A stretch of DNA of 64,000 nt from Chrysomallon squamiferum (taxonomy: Eukaryota > Animalia > Mollusca). Positions 16,108-31,096 of the stretch are shown here, piece after piece; the stretch's first letter is position 1, and each line of letters starts with the position of its first letter. The notes under the pieces were generated by a model that was given only the letters and a program-made list of their open reading frames with translations, did no database searches and was not told the origin of the DNA. Made by a program: the position numbers and the translations under genes. The DNA lies in assembly GCA_012295275.1 (NCBI GenBank), contig CM022674.1:11160001-11224000 (forward strand), read 5' to 3'.

Positions 16108-16319
16108 AAGTATTAGTAGTAGTGGTGATAGTAGTGGTAGTAGTATTATTAGATCAGCAATAGTAGCAGTAGTAATAGTAGTTGTAGTAGTTGTAGTGAT
16201 GATGATAATGATGAAGAAAATGATGATGAAGATAATAATAGTAAGGATTAATAATAATAAGAAGAAGAAAAAGAAGAACAATAATAATAATAATAATAAT
16301 AAGAAAGAAGAAGAAGAAG

Positions 16320-16350
<31 letters not shown>

Positions 16351-16910
16351 GATTAAATGATTATGTTTTAAAAAAGAAGATTTGACCCACAGGATAAGTA
16401 ATGAGTGAATGTAGGTGTGTGTTATCTGATGACACACTTACCAGTCACAGTGATAGTTATCTATGTGTAATTATAGCTGACTTGACACTGAATACATCAA
16501 ACTGTGACATCTACAGTGTCCCTGAACGTCAGGTATTAGTCTGTATTAACCTACTTACTCTTACATATATGTAATTATATCTATCCAGTCTGTCAGTGTA
16601 TGTGAGTGTTTATGTATGTATGTATGTGTTTATGTATGTATGTATGTATGTACATGTTTATGTATATGTGTATAGTTGTGTGTGTATATATTTAGGGCAT
16701 GTGCGTGTGTGTGTGTGTGTACATAACTACACACATAAATAATGAAAATGATAATCAGCAGTGATTAAATTTTTTATTTTTTATTTAAGAGCCTTTCCCA
16801 GGAATAATCCTTCCTGATTGCAGTGTATTACCTTCCACATCAATATATTGATATATCTATATCTATCTATCTAGATATACAGATATATATATATACACAC
16901 ACATACAGAA

Positions 16911-16988
<78 letters not shown>

Positions 16989-17319
16989 ACACACACACAC
17001 ACACACACTTTTTTCTTCTCAAAGAAAAACACAGAAAAATCTTTAATTCAAAAAAAAATAAAATCTTTAATTAAATTAATAAGATCTTACATGGAGTGAA
17101 TGTTATTAAGCAGCCTTTGATACCCCAGTCTGCCCCATGAATGCTGCTATGAATGTAACATTTATTTGGATTTCACTACCATAACCTGTTCAAGACAGAG
17201 AGATAATAGCACAACAGGATTCCCTCCCTTAACAGGGGAAGTTTCTCTTCAATAGACTGTTTTTATTTGTATCAGATAATAGCACAACAGGATCAGTAGG
17301 GAAATCTAGGCCAGAAATC

Positions 17320-17612
17320 TTACTTTGTAATAGTTAAATACTAAACTTAACTTTAAAGAAACAGTTGCAACATTCAGAATAGTTATTTATCTCCAAAGTT
17401 AATACTTTTAATAGTTAAATACTAAAGTTTAAAGTTATTACTTTGTAATAGTTAAATACTAAAGTTTAAAGTATTACTTTGTAATAGTTAAATACTAAAG
17501 TTTAAAGTATTACTTTGTAATAGTTAAATACTAAAGTTTAAAGTTATTACTTTGTAATAGTTAAAATACTAAAGTTCAAAGTTATTACTTTGTAATAGTA
17601 AAGTATTACTTT
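17320..17612. repeat. 36-37 bp minisatellite
   Basis: Unit tactttgtaatagttaaatactaaagtttaaagt(t)at, about 6 copies. Confidence 0.9.
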
Positions 17613-18639
17613 TATTCAAGCTTCAAAGTTTAAATAACTTTTTGTTGTTAAATTAAGTTTAGATTCTCTGTGGTTATTTTGTAATATTTAAAAACTAAAT
17701 GTATGACTAGTGAAATTATTCAGCTTCAAATTGCATATTAATAAATAACAAAAAATGTATTTAGGAATGATGTAATAGTAGGAGGTATTCATATTAGTAA
17801 ATAACAAAATGTCTTAGGAATGAGTAATCCTTTCAAGTCTTTTCCAAGCTTTTTATTTGTGTCTTGGTATATTAATGTTTTCTTTTTTTTAAAGTGTCTG
17901 TTTGTGTATGTATGTATATTGGAGGGGTTATATGAGAAACACATTTAAACATTTTAAAGTTGTAAAGTATATAAAATATGTATTCTGGTAACATCCTTTT
18001 TCACAGGTGACATTCCATGCACACTTACACATACCCAATGTTTGAATATCATTTATTTCAAACATTTTACATTGCAAGTTTTATGTCATATAATATACAC
18101 ATTATTTAGATACATTTTTAAATGAATTTCAAACATAAAAAAATATTTTTATTAATACATTTATTAATACATTTACTAATCTCTTTGTTAATCCATCTAT
18201 ATATATTAATCACATAAACACAAAGATATCAGTAGAAAATCATTCATGTGTGACTAAAACACTCCTGTATGCATTAGACACAATTGCAGTTATATATCAT
18301 TATATACACATTTATAATGTTTACCTGTTTGAGAATTCAAGTTAGTGATAGCCATTATGAAATCAGTCATTCAATAATGCATAATGTGTTTGTGGATGTA
18401 TATGTGTGTGTGTATGTGTGTATGTATGTATGCATGTGCGTATGTGTGTGTATGTGTGTATGTGTGTGTATGTATTTGTTTGTGTCTGTATCTATATATG
18501 TGTGTATACATGTTTCTATGTATGTGTGTAAGTATGTATTTGTATACGAGTGTATGTATGTGTGTCTATATACATGTATTTGTGTGAGTGTGTATATGTG
18601 TTGTAAGTTTTGTGTGTTTGTATGAGTTATAATTAGGGA

Positions 18640-19235
18640 ATGAGTCATTAATCAGTCTTATGTAAGTATTTGTATATATTCCATGGATTAAGTCAGTTAG
18701 TCACTGAATTAACAAGTTAGCTGTTCATTGTGAAGGTTGCTAAGTCAGTCAGAGAGACACTGGGACAGTTTGAAGATCACAAAGTCAGCATATTAAAGTC
18801 AAACACTGGGTTGACAACCAGTAAGACATTCAAACACTGAATCAATCAAACACTGTGTCAGTCTGTGTGTCATTATGTCAGTCAGTTAAACACTGAGTGA
18901 ATTTGAAAAACACAAAGTCAGCATATTTGTTATAATAATCATTCAGTCAATCACTGAGTTGATAAACCAGTCAAACACTGAGTCAGCCAGTAAGTCATTC
19001 ACTCAAATGTTGTGTGAATTTGAGTGTCACTAAGTCATCTGGTTACATTCTGAGTTAGTATGAGTATCAGTAGATCATTCACTCAAGCACTGAGTAAATT
19101 TGAGTGTCACCATGCCATTCAGTCAAACATTGAGTCAGTGTGTCAGTAAGTCTCAAACATTGAGTTTACTTGAGTGTCAGTAAGTCATTCAGTTAAACAC
19201 TGAATGAGTAAGTATTTAGTAACTCACTCAAACAT
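18640..19235. repeat. Degenerate minisatellite, inverted relative of the 30.15-30.55 kb array
   Basis: Recurrent agtcattcagtcaaacactgagt. 19116-19151 matches the reverse complement of the 36-bp unit at 33/36 positions. Confidence 0.8.
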
Positions 19236-19630
19236 TACATACAAATTTTTTAAATAAAAGAAATGAACTATGTCAGTATTTTTCCAAATTATATGATACT
19301 ATGATAATAGCAATGATACTACTTGTTGTCTATAATGTTCACCATGACAGACTTATGGAAGTCTATGAACATCATATACAGAACAAAGGGAATTTTAATT
19401 AATTAATATTTCTGATTATGGCAGATTATTGATAACATAACAGCATGCAGTGTGAACTTGGAGAAGCTTCTTTTGATTATTTTCTGTTTCTCTGGTTTAT
19501 TTTTCATTTCTTAATTAAATTTTATTTAGTTATTATTCTTTTTTGCCTTCAGTCTCATATATGTATCACACACTGAAAATTACTTCTTATTTGTCATGTT
19601 CTTTATAATTTTGTATCTCTCTCTTCACTA

Positions 19631-19663
<33 letters not shown>

Positions 19664-20417
19664 ATAACATTAACATATACACATCTGTCCATCCATTTGT
19701 CTATGTATCTACATTATTATCTATATTATTATTTACTTGTCTGTCTATCTGTTTATATCTGTCTGTTGTCTGTCAGTGTTTTCAAAATATATTTAATTAA
19801 AAAGAACTTGTAAACTTTAGCGACATACAAATATAATTCATATAATTAATATAATTAGTGTCTTGCTAAATGTAAATTTTATGTAGAGATATCTATATCA
19901 CACAACACCCAGAGACATACATACATACATACATACATATATACATACATACATATATACATACATACATACATGCATACATATTTACATACATATATAC
20001 ATACATACATACACACATACATATACACATAAATACACACACACACACATACAGACAGACATATACAAATATGTATACATAAATGTGCACTTGCATACAT
20101 ACAAAACTCAAAATAATTAAGTAATCAAATACATGAGGGAACTGATGAATAAAGTGATAAAAAGAAAATATATTTCATCTCTAATAACAAAATAATATAT
20201 ATAAAGTAGCTTAACTCTGACAAAGTAAAATCAAATTATTGATTAAGACACATAGACAGAGAGAAACATACATACACATATACTCACACACCCAAACATA
20301 TATTCACATACACACTCACTCACACTCACACATACAAATACACGCTCACACTCACGTGCACACACATATAAACACACACCATAAACACAAACAACACAAA
20401 CCAACGTTGCACCTCAC

Positions 20418-20700
20418 CTTGTCAGTATATCCACAGAACAGTTAACAAGAAACACAAACTGTCAGGTGAGAAATGTTATCACTGTCAACTACAGCAGCAA
20501 AACCGTCATTGACAACAGCATGACACATCAACACATTGACACTCTCGTTAGACATCGACCACTGTGACAGCACATGACAGTCCTCACTGTCTCTGGCCAC
20601 ACAAACAGACTGCACTAGGTCAGCCTACAACTACTGGCCTGTCAGCATCACCGTCAGTACGGCAGCTTAATTGTTCTAGCAGCCAATAGTCTGTTTGATG
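20418..20700 (-). other. Candidate non-coding alternative first exon/promoter of the PLEKHG5-like gene
   Basis: GC/CpG-richer island between microsatellites, ending in ACAAG|GTGAGG on the minus strand. All three frames have a stop before the donor. CCAAT near 20683. 5' limit approximate. Confidence 0.4.
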
Positions 20701-20755
20701 TTGCCAGCTTAAACACTGCAGTTGTTTTTTAAATATTAATCAAAGGTAGCAAAGG

Positions 20756-20802
<47 letters not shown>

Positions 20803-20883
20803 TACATACACACACACACACGTAAATATATACATATATGTGTATGTTTTGGAAATGTTAATGTATGTTAATGTATGTGTATA

Positions 20884-20924
<41 letters not shown>

Positions 20925-20980
20925 CCATTTATAATAATAATAAAATAATACAAAAATGTATGTAGCTATGTATTTTGTAT

Positions 20981-21028
<48 letters not shown>

Positions 21029-21303
21029 ATACAGATACACACCATTCATAATTTAAAAAAATATAATACAATATTTTTTATTTCAGCAGTAGTTTACTAG
21101 TACTGTTAGACACAATTAGATATTTTAAAAATATATTTTTGTGTTTTTCAACTTTAACCTATAACTGCTGGCAGTAAAACACAGAAGTACCCAGGCATAA
21201 AAACGTAAATCTTCTTCTTTCCTTTCAAATTAAAAATAACAATTTTAAAAGTACAATTTCAAGAACTCTACTCAGTAATTAAACAAAAAACAAACCTAAA
21301 TGC

Positions 21304-21336
<33 letters not shown>

Positions 21337-22517
21337 TTAAAAAATTTAAAAAACAAAATATTTTCAAAAATATGGAAAAAAATCAAAATTGAAGAAAAGA
21401 CAAGGAAGAAAATGTTTAAAAATATCATGAAAGTACTGAACTAATACTTGAAGGCAAAGTCAAGGGCTGTACACATTCAGCTGGTTAAGGAAATGGAAAA
21501 TTGCCTGAGGCATGATAGGTTATGGGAACAAATCTGACTCATTGACATCACTGATTTCAGTTCAGTTTAAGTCAGTGCATCAACTCTAATTAACTTAGTG
21601 CCATCAGCAGAGTCCATGTTACTTTATTTCCACACAAAAATAATATCATTTAAATAAATAAATAAATAAATAAATACATGATTTTTGATGTAATGAATCT
21701 TTGGATTAATGTATGTGTAATTATTATAGTGATTGTAATAAAAGAATATTTTTCTCATGAATCTTATGTGTGTTGTTTTTCTGTCTCTCCATGTTTGTAT
21801 CTGTGTGTGTCTGTTTATCTGTCCATATCAGTGTGTTTGTGTATTTGTATGTGTTCCTGTGTCTGTATGTGTATCTGTCACTACTTTACTTTGTCAGCTT
21901 TAAACATCCATTGTCTTACAGTAGTACTAACTGGAACTGGTTAAAAATAGATTGTGTGCGACTGTCTCTTGTGAAAACATAAATGTTTATATGTGTATAA
22001 ACTGAATTTATAATGTGTATGTATGTGTGTGTATATATTCACGTGTGTGTGTGTGTGAGCTTCAGTCAATCTATCTATATTGAGAGATAATGAACATTCT
22101 TCAGATCAAAAGATAATGCTGTTACTTAATAAACAAAGCTTTATTTCCATGCTAAAAGATTTGAACGTTTCAAGTACATTGTAGAACAAAGTGGTACAGT
22201 TATCTTAGTACATTGTTCACATTCCTGGCACAAAGTATTAAACTGGCAACACATTCTAGGATAATATGCACATACAGACAGACAGACACAAACACATAAC
22301 ACACATGCTAAGTACAGATTTATAATTATACAAGTAATTGTTATGCAAATAGTAATAATAATGTGATGATGATGATGATAATAATAAAAACAATACCAAA
22401 CAACAAAATACAAATTTGTATCATTCAGAAAAACTGAAAGTGATAAAAACATATAACTTTATAAGGGAGAGAAAGTGAAAGAAAAAGATTAGAAATTTAG
22501 AAAAAATGAGAATGAAT

Positions 22518-22576
22518 GAGTTAGCAAAAGAGAAATTACATCGAAAATATACATCTGTACTTAGTTTAGCATGTGT

Positions 22577-22608
<32 letters not shown>

Positions 22609-22626
22609 CATCTGTACTTAGTTTAG

Positions 22627-22663
<37 letters not shown>

Positions 22664-22744
22664 ATATATACATCTCTTAGCATGTGTTGTTTGTGTGTGT
22701 GTGTGTGTGTGTGTATATATACATCTGTACTTAGTTTAGCATGT

Positions 22745-22776
<32 letters not shown>

Positions 22777-22895
22777 CATCTGAGTTAGCATGTTGAGAAA
22801 TTACATGAAAATATACATCTGTACTTAGTTTAGCATGTGTTGTGTGTGTGTGTGTGTGTGTGTGTATATACATCTGTACTTAGTTTAGCATGCGT

Positions 22896-22927
<32 letters not shown>

Positions 22928-22978
22928 AGTTAGCAAAAGAGAAATTACATCGAAAATATACATCTGTACTTAGTTTAG

Positions 22979-23012
<34 letters not shown>

Positions 23013-23082
23013 CATATATAGTTTAGCATGAGTTAGTGTGTGTGAAATTGTGTGAAAATATACATCTGTACTTAGTTTAGCA

Positions 23083-23116
<34 letters not shown>

Positions 23117-23459
23117 AGTTAGCAAAAGAGAAATTACATGAAAATATGTATATACATCTGTACTTAGTTTAGCATGTGTTGTGTGTGTGTGTGTGTGTAT
23201 ATATATGAGTTTAGCATGTGTTGTGTGTGAAATTACATGAAAAAATATACATCTGTACTTAGTTTAGCATGTGTGTTGTGTGTGTGTGTGTGTGTATATA
23301 TATACAGCAAAAAGAGAAATTGTGTAAAAATATACATCTGTACTTAGTTTAGCATGTGCGTTGTGTGTGTGTGTATATACATCTGTGTGTGTGTATGTAT
23401 ATATGTGAGTGTGCAAAGAGAAATTACATCGAAAATATACATCTGTACTTAGTTTAGCA

Positions 23460-23495
<36 letters not shown>

Positions 23496-23747
23496 AGTTT
23501 AGCAAAAGTGTGTGTGTGTGTGTGACATCGAAAATATACATCTGTACTTAGTTTAGCATGTGTTGTGTGTGTGTGTGTGTGTGTATATATGAGTTAGCAA
23601 AAGAGAAATGACATCGAAAATATACATCTGTACTTAGTTTAGCATGTGTTGTGTGTGTGTGTGTGTGTGTGTGTATAAATATATATGAGTGTACTTAAAG
23701 AGAAATGACATGAAAAAATATACATCTGTACTTAGTTTAGCATGTGT

Positions 23748-23779
<32 letters not shown>

Positions 23780-23949
23780 AGTTAGCAAAAGAGAAATGAC
23801 ATCGAAAATATACATCTGTACTTAGTTTAGCATGTGTTTGTGTGTGTGTGTGTGTGTGTATAAATATATATATGAGTTAGTTTAGCATGTGTTGTGTGTG
23901 TGAGAAATGACATGTAAAAATATACATCTGTACTTAGTTTAGCATGTGT

Positions 23950-23984
<35 letters not shown>

Positions 23985-24235
23985 GAGTTAGCAAAAGAGA
24001 AATGACATCGAAAATATACATCTGTACTTAGTTTAGCATGTGTTGTGTGTGTGTGTGTGTGTGTGTGCGTGTGTGTGTATATATGAGTTAGCAAAAGAGA
24101 AATTACATCGAAAATATACATCTGTACTTAGTTTAGCATGTGTTGTGTGTGTGTGTGTGTGTGTATATATATCTGTACTTAGTTTAGCATGTTGTGTGAA
24201 ATGTGTGAAAATATACATCTGTACTTAGTTTAGCA

Positions 24236-24279
<44 letters not shown>

Positions 24280-24423
24280 AGTTAGCAAAAGAGAAATGAC
24301 ATCGAAAATATACATCTGTACTTAGTTTAGCATGTGTTGTGTGTGTGTGTGTGTGTGTATATATGAGTTAGCAAAAGAGAAATGACATCGAAAATATACA
24401 TCTGTACTTAGTTTAGCATGTGT

Positions 24424-24459
<36 letters not shown>

Positions 24460-24533
24460 AGTTAGCAAAAGATGTGTTGTGTGTGTGTGTGTGTGTGTGA
24501 AAAAATATACATCTGTACTTAGTTTAGCATGTG

Positions 24534-24566
<33 letters not shown>

Positions 24567-24623
24567 CAGAAATGAAAATATACATCTGTACTTAGTTTAG
24601 CATGTGTTGTGTGTGTGTTTGTC

Positions 24624-24654
<31 letters not shown>

Positions 24655-24670
24655 GTGAGTTAGCAAAAGA
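22518..24670. repeat. Compound minisatellite (about 90-bp unit with embedded (TG)n/(TA)n)
   Basis: Unit gagttagcaaaagagaaatKacatcgaaaatatacatctgtacttagtttagcatgtgtt(gt)n(at)n, over 20 copies, many chimeric. Confidence 0.95.
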
Positions 24671-26093
24671 AATCAGATAGAAATTATATATATATATATA
24701 TATGAGAGAGAAAGAGAGAAAAAAGAAAGAAAACAGAGAAAAAGAAAGATAACTAAATTTCCAAGATAATTTGGTCTTCTTTAAATACATACAAGTTTAT
24801 ATGACTAATCCATAAATAACCTTTATAATAACAAATTTTAAACTTTTTTTTTAATTTTTGATATCATCTTCTTTTTTTTTATAATTAGAATGACAAACAA
24901 TAATTCTTTTCTTCTGACTTTTAAAAATCCAACCATTATTACACAGGTAAATCTGTCCCCCCCAGATTAACAGGTAATCAGAAGGTGAAGGTAAGAACCT
25001 GTAGAGTTAATTAAGCCTTGAGACTATGCAGTCCAATGACAAAGAGTTTAAAATTAAATTATTTCATCACAAAAAAAATCTCTCCTCAGGCAAGTCTGTG
25101 GTGTCACTGTGCTGTGTTGTGTAATAAAAACACGTGTGTGATAACATGTGTATTGTATAAGGTGAAGACTTAACATTTTCTTCTAATTTAATCATTGGCT
25201 TGTGAAATACAATGCTAGTGTAAATTCTCTATTATGTAAAAGTCATCACAATTTCTTTTCTTTTTTTTTTGAGTGCTTTTATTTGGGTGGAGTTATTTTA
25301 TTTTTTTTGTTTTTTTATTCTTATTTTTTTTTTTTTTTTTCATGCTTATTTGTTAAAAAAGTTATTATTATTAATATATTTTTTTTTTTGGTTATGAATT
25401 TGACAAGAGAATAAATTACCCAGAACGTTTTGTACATAATTAGTTTTATTGAACTTACAATTCAATACATTGTGATTTATGCATAGTTAGACACTCAATA
25501 CACTTATATGTAGCTCTGGTAGCTTTTCATAAGGTCATAGTACTATATGTATATAAAATTAAAATTTTAAAATTTTAAACAAAAATAAAAACACAAACAA
25601 ACAAAATAAATAAATAAAAGGAAAATAATATTTTTTTCTTCTAAAAAGTATACAATGAATAAAAGAAAGGAAAAAATAATAATAGTAAATTATTTTAAAA
25701 AAAATAAAAAAATAGGAAATGAAGAAAAGAAATAGAGGAAAGAAAGATTATAAAAAGTGTGAGAAAACAATTTAACACCTGAACTGAACTCGTACACTGC
25801 TCAGTGTACCTGGTAAACACATTTTCATTTCAGGTCAACAGAGATTTCACAAGCAACTCAATAGCCAGACAACATTATCAAATAACTCATGGTCACTTTT
25901 AATGGTCAGCCACTGGACATGAGCAAAGAAATTTTGACAAAGTGAATAGTGGACGCTGATACAACATTCAATATTTCACTACAGGTATAACAAAAGGTAT
26001 ACAGGTAAAAATTACCTGGATCACAAACATACTTGGTTTACCTGTTGTGACTGAGAGAACAGTTTGAAATATTGAAATGAATCTGATTATGTT

Positions 26094-26150
<57 letters not shown>

Positions 26151-26373
26151 TACATATAACATGTTCAACAAAAGTACATATTACAATTCACAGAAAAAGA
26201 CATGATATGTATTATATAAAAATTGTATTAAGAATACAAATATGATTGTATGGTCGGGTGACTCAGTCTTTTGTTACTATGTGTAATACTATTTAATAAT
26301 TAAAAAAAACATGAAAATAATACATTGTAACATAAAAATAAATAATAATTCAGTTATAAAATAATTAACTTAC

Positions 26374-26416
26374 CTTCAATATACAAATGAAGCTTCACAA
26401 CATGAACAGTATCCAT
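26374..26416 (-). CDS. PLEKHG5: PLEKHG5-like alternative first coding exon (MDTVHVVKLHLYIE)
   Basis: ATC ATG G start context, 43 nt, consensus donor GAA G|GTAAGT, phase 1. Confidence 0.45.
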
Positions 26417-27720
26417 GATTACAGTTTTAATATAAAAGTGGAATTTTAAAATGTTTTTTTATTTCTTTTTTCAATTCATTCCTTTAAATGATTTCAGCAG
26501 AACTAAAATATCCACAATTTTCACTTCTGAAGATGTCACATTCTTCACATCTTGTTACACAAACAAAAATCTGTTGAAAATGGCATTTCCAGCTTATTAA
26601 TATTCACAGTATTCTGTCAAACTGATGAATATGCATAATTCAGTTTGTTGTTAATCCATGTTGTCTTCCCAGCTCATTAATATGCATTAGCTCTGTTTCT
26701 TCTGATGAACTCCCAAGTTATGAATATGTATGACAGAGAGTTTTTAGAAAAAACACACTAAAAACAAATTATCTGATTTTTATAACAAATAAACAACTAC
26801 TTTGGTGATGTCAACAGCAAACAGAGCAGTGATACTACAACTGTATTATGTTTACAACTACTGTAACAGGGTTTAGAACAACTACAACATCATTTATAAC
26901 AATTACATCCCACAACTATAATGTTACCATTACAACTACAACATTATTGTTTTACACCAACTGCTGTCTGCCACAACCACAACAGTGACATAAACAACAT
27001 TATGTGTACAACGACAACCAAGATGTCAACAGCAACAAAAACAACAACATCTACATTTACTGTAATGTTTGAAACAAATCCAAAACTACAAATAAACAAA
27101 AACACTATGACAATATCTGTAGTTCCATGAGAGGTGACATCTACAAGATGTCTGTGACAATGATTTTACAACATCTACAACAATGCCATCCAGAACTAAC
27201 ACTAATAATATCAGTAAGCACCTTGTATTAAAATTAATAATACCTGAGAATAATCTATTATTGAAAAATAACAATACCTGTAAGAAAATAATTATTTAGA
27301 ATTAAAAACTAAGCAGTTCCAGAAAGCACAGTGAAAGTTTACCTAACTAGGTTATACTTGTACACTGACAACTTTACCACACGCAAGTAAAATAAAATAA
27401 AATAAATCTATTACTGACATATTTACCAGCTGCCTGTTATGTATTACAGTTAGTGCATACTTTTAATAACAATTATAGATTTAATTTTGTAATTTTAGAA
27501 AACCATCAGGGCCCATAAACATTCATAACTCATGCAAACATATTATATTGACTGTTTAGTAAAACTGTGAATATTTGTCCAAAAAAACGGACAATTTTAT
27601 TTTGTTAAATCAATATTATTTTTTAAAATTTACTAATGAAATTATAATTTTTTAAAAATAAAGACTGTATTTTAGAAATAATGGCCTTTCAGTATGAGAG
27701 ATAAATCAGTATACTTTTTT

Positions 27721-27786
<66 letters not shown>

Positions 27787-29494
27787 ATGTCAAGCCTTAT
27801 AAACCACAAACCAAGCAAACTGCATCAAAGATTCAATACTAAATGTTTCACTGGTTAATGATATTTAAAAGTATTCAGATGTTAAACATTTCCTTGTACA
27901 ACATTGTTCTATTTCTGAATATTCAGTACAATGTAATTCATTATCTCAGCGTTAAAACCACTCCCCATTTGAAATACAACTGTATATTGTGTTATAAAAG
28001 TAGTTTAATAATTTAAAATAAATGACACATTTTCAGTTCTACCCTAAGGGAGTGTCTTCACTCTCTCTATCAGACAATGATTTACTTGAAATGAACTGGT
28101 TTGTGAACAGAGATCTTAATTTTACACACACACTACAGTATATGTATGTAGAGAGAGAGAGAGAGAATTAGAAAATCCACATCTCATGCAAATTAAAAAC
28201 TATTAATAACTGAACAATAACACGGTGAAGAAAAGACAAGAAGAATATGAACAAAAATTAACTTTACAGATTCTTTGCTTTGTATTTAAGAAATGTATAC
28301 AATATTGCAAAACATCAAAAATAAACTATAACCCAAAGCCTCCAAAATCCAAAAACCAATTTTTTTCTTCTTCTTCTAGTTATTCTTAATATTTACAATG
28401 TAATAAAATTTTCACATAAAAACCAAAATTTATAAAATTCTTACCATAAACTGTCAGTTTGAAAATGCAAAACCATAATAAATGAGGGTAAAAATTTTTC
28501 TTTAAAAATAGATATTAAATGTTAAAACCATCATTTTAGAAACAACAACAACAAATTAAAACTTTAGCAACAAGCAAACTAAAAGTTAAACTCAGTGAAA
28601 ATGAAACAAATAAAATAACAATTAACAGCTTTGTAAAAACAACTAGCTTCTCATTGTTAAAACAAAACAAACCAACCCACCTCACTTAATTAACATAAAC
28701 AGTAACTTGACATCACCTGCACTCGAACAAACCTGTCTTTGTCATCAAACAACTGTGATTGTCCAACAATTCAACACCTGTTTGAGAAACAGTAAACACA
28801 CAGAAATTTTCACCTGCCAGGTGTGGTGAAAATACCTGAGAAAGCTTTGTATAATAAGTAAACTCTTGAAAATGCTCACTAGTCAACACATGACAATTAA
28901 TATCATAAATCTAACAGGTAGATGATACACCTTGGCAGGTAAACTAAGTTTTTGTGCCTTTCTGTTTTACCTGTAGTATAAACTAGATTTAACTTGACCA
29001 TGAGTAAGTATAAAAGAATGTGAGAAACTGTAAGACTGAAGATGAATTACTGAGATCATTTTTTTCTTACCTGTCTAGGTAAATACTTGTCAACATGCCC
29101 ACAGTTCTGACAGTCTTACACATTTTTCTTTAAATGTATGGCAGTGTAAAAATAATATATATTGCTAAAACAGTTATAAGGAAAGGTGAGATTACGATCT
29201 GTCTTAGAAATTACATGATACACAACATTTGTTTTTATCAAAATATAAATAATAAAATACACCAAACAAAAATACATTTGTATTGTATACACATACACTA
29301 ACAATAAAAATGCCATAAACATACAAAAAAATATACATATATTCATAGATATGTAATATGTATGAGTACACACAGTACATATATATATATATATTTGTAT
29401 ACAGAGATAAACATGCACACATATATTATTAATATAAAATATAAACATACAAAAACACACATATATTCATATACATGTATGAGTACACACAAAC

Positions 29495-29528
<34 letters not shown>

Positions 29529-29591
29529 TGAAACACAAAATAGATATTAACATACAGACATACATATGTATGTATGTATGTTTGTGATACA

Positions 29592-29722
29592 TATTTAAAG
29601 AATCTATGTCTGTTGATGCTAATTCATTATATGAAACACTCAATGTGTGTGTGTGTGTGTTTATTTAAAGAATCTATGTCTGTTGATGCTAATTCATTAT
29701 ATGAAACCCTCAATGTGTGTGT
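29592..29722. repeat. About 70-bp tandem duplication
   Basis: atttaaagaatctatgtctgttgatgctaattcattatatgaaac occurs twice. Confidence 0.9.
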
Positions 29723-29766
29723 ATGTGTTTATGTGTGTGTGTATGTTTATGTGTGTGTGTATATAT

Positions 29767-29821
<55 letters not shown>

Positions 29822-29825
29822 TGTG

Positions 29826-29861
<36 letters not shown>

Positions 29862-29936
29862 ACTGTATTAAAATGAAGTACTGAACTACTTTTAAACAAA
29901 GGAACAGACAGACAAACAAACAAACAAAAGACTCAC

Positions 29937-29976
29937 CATCATGACCCTGGACAAACTGTTCTTCTATCACTGACAT
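29937..29976 (-). CDS. PLEKHG5: PLEKHG5-like start-codon exon (MSVIEEQFVQGHD); whole exon 29937-29993
   Basis: ATTTCAG|ATTTCTGATTGTAAAAC ATG TCA GTG..CAT GAT G|GTGAGT: acceptor, in-frame upstream stop, good start context and a phase-1 donor compatible with 7766. Confidence 0.65.
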
Positions 29977-30149
29977 GTTTTACAATCAGAAATCTGAAAT
30001 TTAAAAATAGACACACAGGTAAATATTAGCTCTCAGGTGTAAACTGCACTAAAATATCAAATATAATGGACAGATGGACAGACAGACAAACAGCATCACT
30101 GATTCTAATTTTGTTAAATTTTAGTACAATTTAGACATTACAAAAATAC

Positions 30150-30545
30150 ATGACTCAGTGTTTAACTGAATGACTTACTGAAACATTCACTCAGTGTTTG
30201 ACTGAATGACTTAGTGAAACACTCACTCAATGTTTGACTGAATGACTTAGTGAAACACTCACTCAATGTTTGACTGAATGACTTAGTGAAACACTCACTC
30301 AATGTTTGACTAAATGACTTAGTGAAACACTCACTCAATGTTTGACTGAATGACTTAGTGAAACACTCACTCACTGACTGAAACGATTTAGTGAAACACT
30401 CACTCAATGTTTGACTGAATGACTTAGTGAAACACTCAATCAATGTTTGACTGAAACAATTTAATGAAACACTCACTCAATGTTTGACTGAATGACTTAG
30501 TGAAACACTCACTCAATGTTTGACTGAATGACTTACTGAGAGACT
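30150..30545. repeat. 36-bp minisatellite, about 11 copies
   Basis: Unit tgtttgactgaatgacttagtgaaacactcactcaa; source of the (KSFSQTLSECFT)n ORF. Confidence 0.95.
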
Positions 30546-30908
30546 AACACAATGACTTATTAAACAAACAAACAAACAAACAAACAAACAAACAAATGGA
30601 AAAGTCAAATATTTGCTTACATGCAGAAATCATAATCATTTAGTTTCCCTATGCATATAATACATGATGACTAATTAATTAGACATGCTTATATAAATAT
30701 GTGTGTATTTGTTAGCAGGTAGGTAATAAGCTATTTTAATTTAACAGTAGGTATCTGGTGTATGGTGTAACAGTTACACAAGATCACACTGGTTTCCTAT
30801 AGTATGTATAGATTAATATAACACAGTTTATTAGTCTAATTAGTAACTTAATCAATTACTTAGCAACACTTTAATATAACAGAATGTATTACAATTAGTT
30901 ACTTAGTT

Positions 30909-30963
30909 ACCACCACCACACCACACCACACCACCACCACCACCACCACTACTACTACTACTG

Positions 30964-30995
<32 letters not shown>

Positions 30996-31063
30996 GCTAC
31001 TACTATTCTTCCTGCTACTGCTACTACTACTACTACAACTACTACTTCTGCTGCTGCTGCTGT

Positions 31064-31096
<33 letters not shown>

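Noticed and set aside
22518-24670. CRISPR-like look (constant block plus variable spacer)
   Set aside because: The spacers are only variable-length TG/TA runs, the context is a eukaryotic intron, and there are no cas genes.
29070-29096. ATG mini-exon with AG|GTAAGA donor (minus strand)
   Set aside because: It is phase 2, incompatible with the shared acceptor at 7766.
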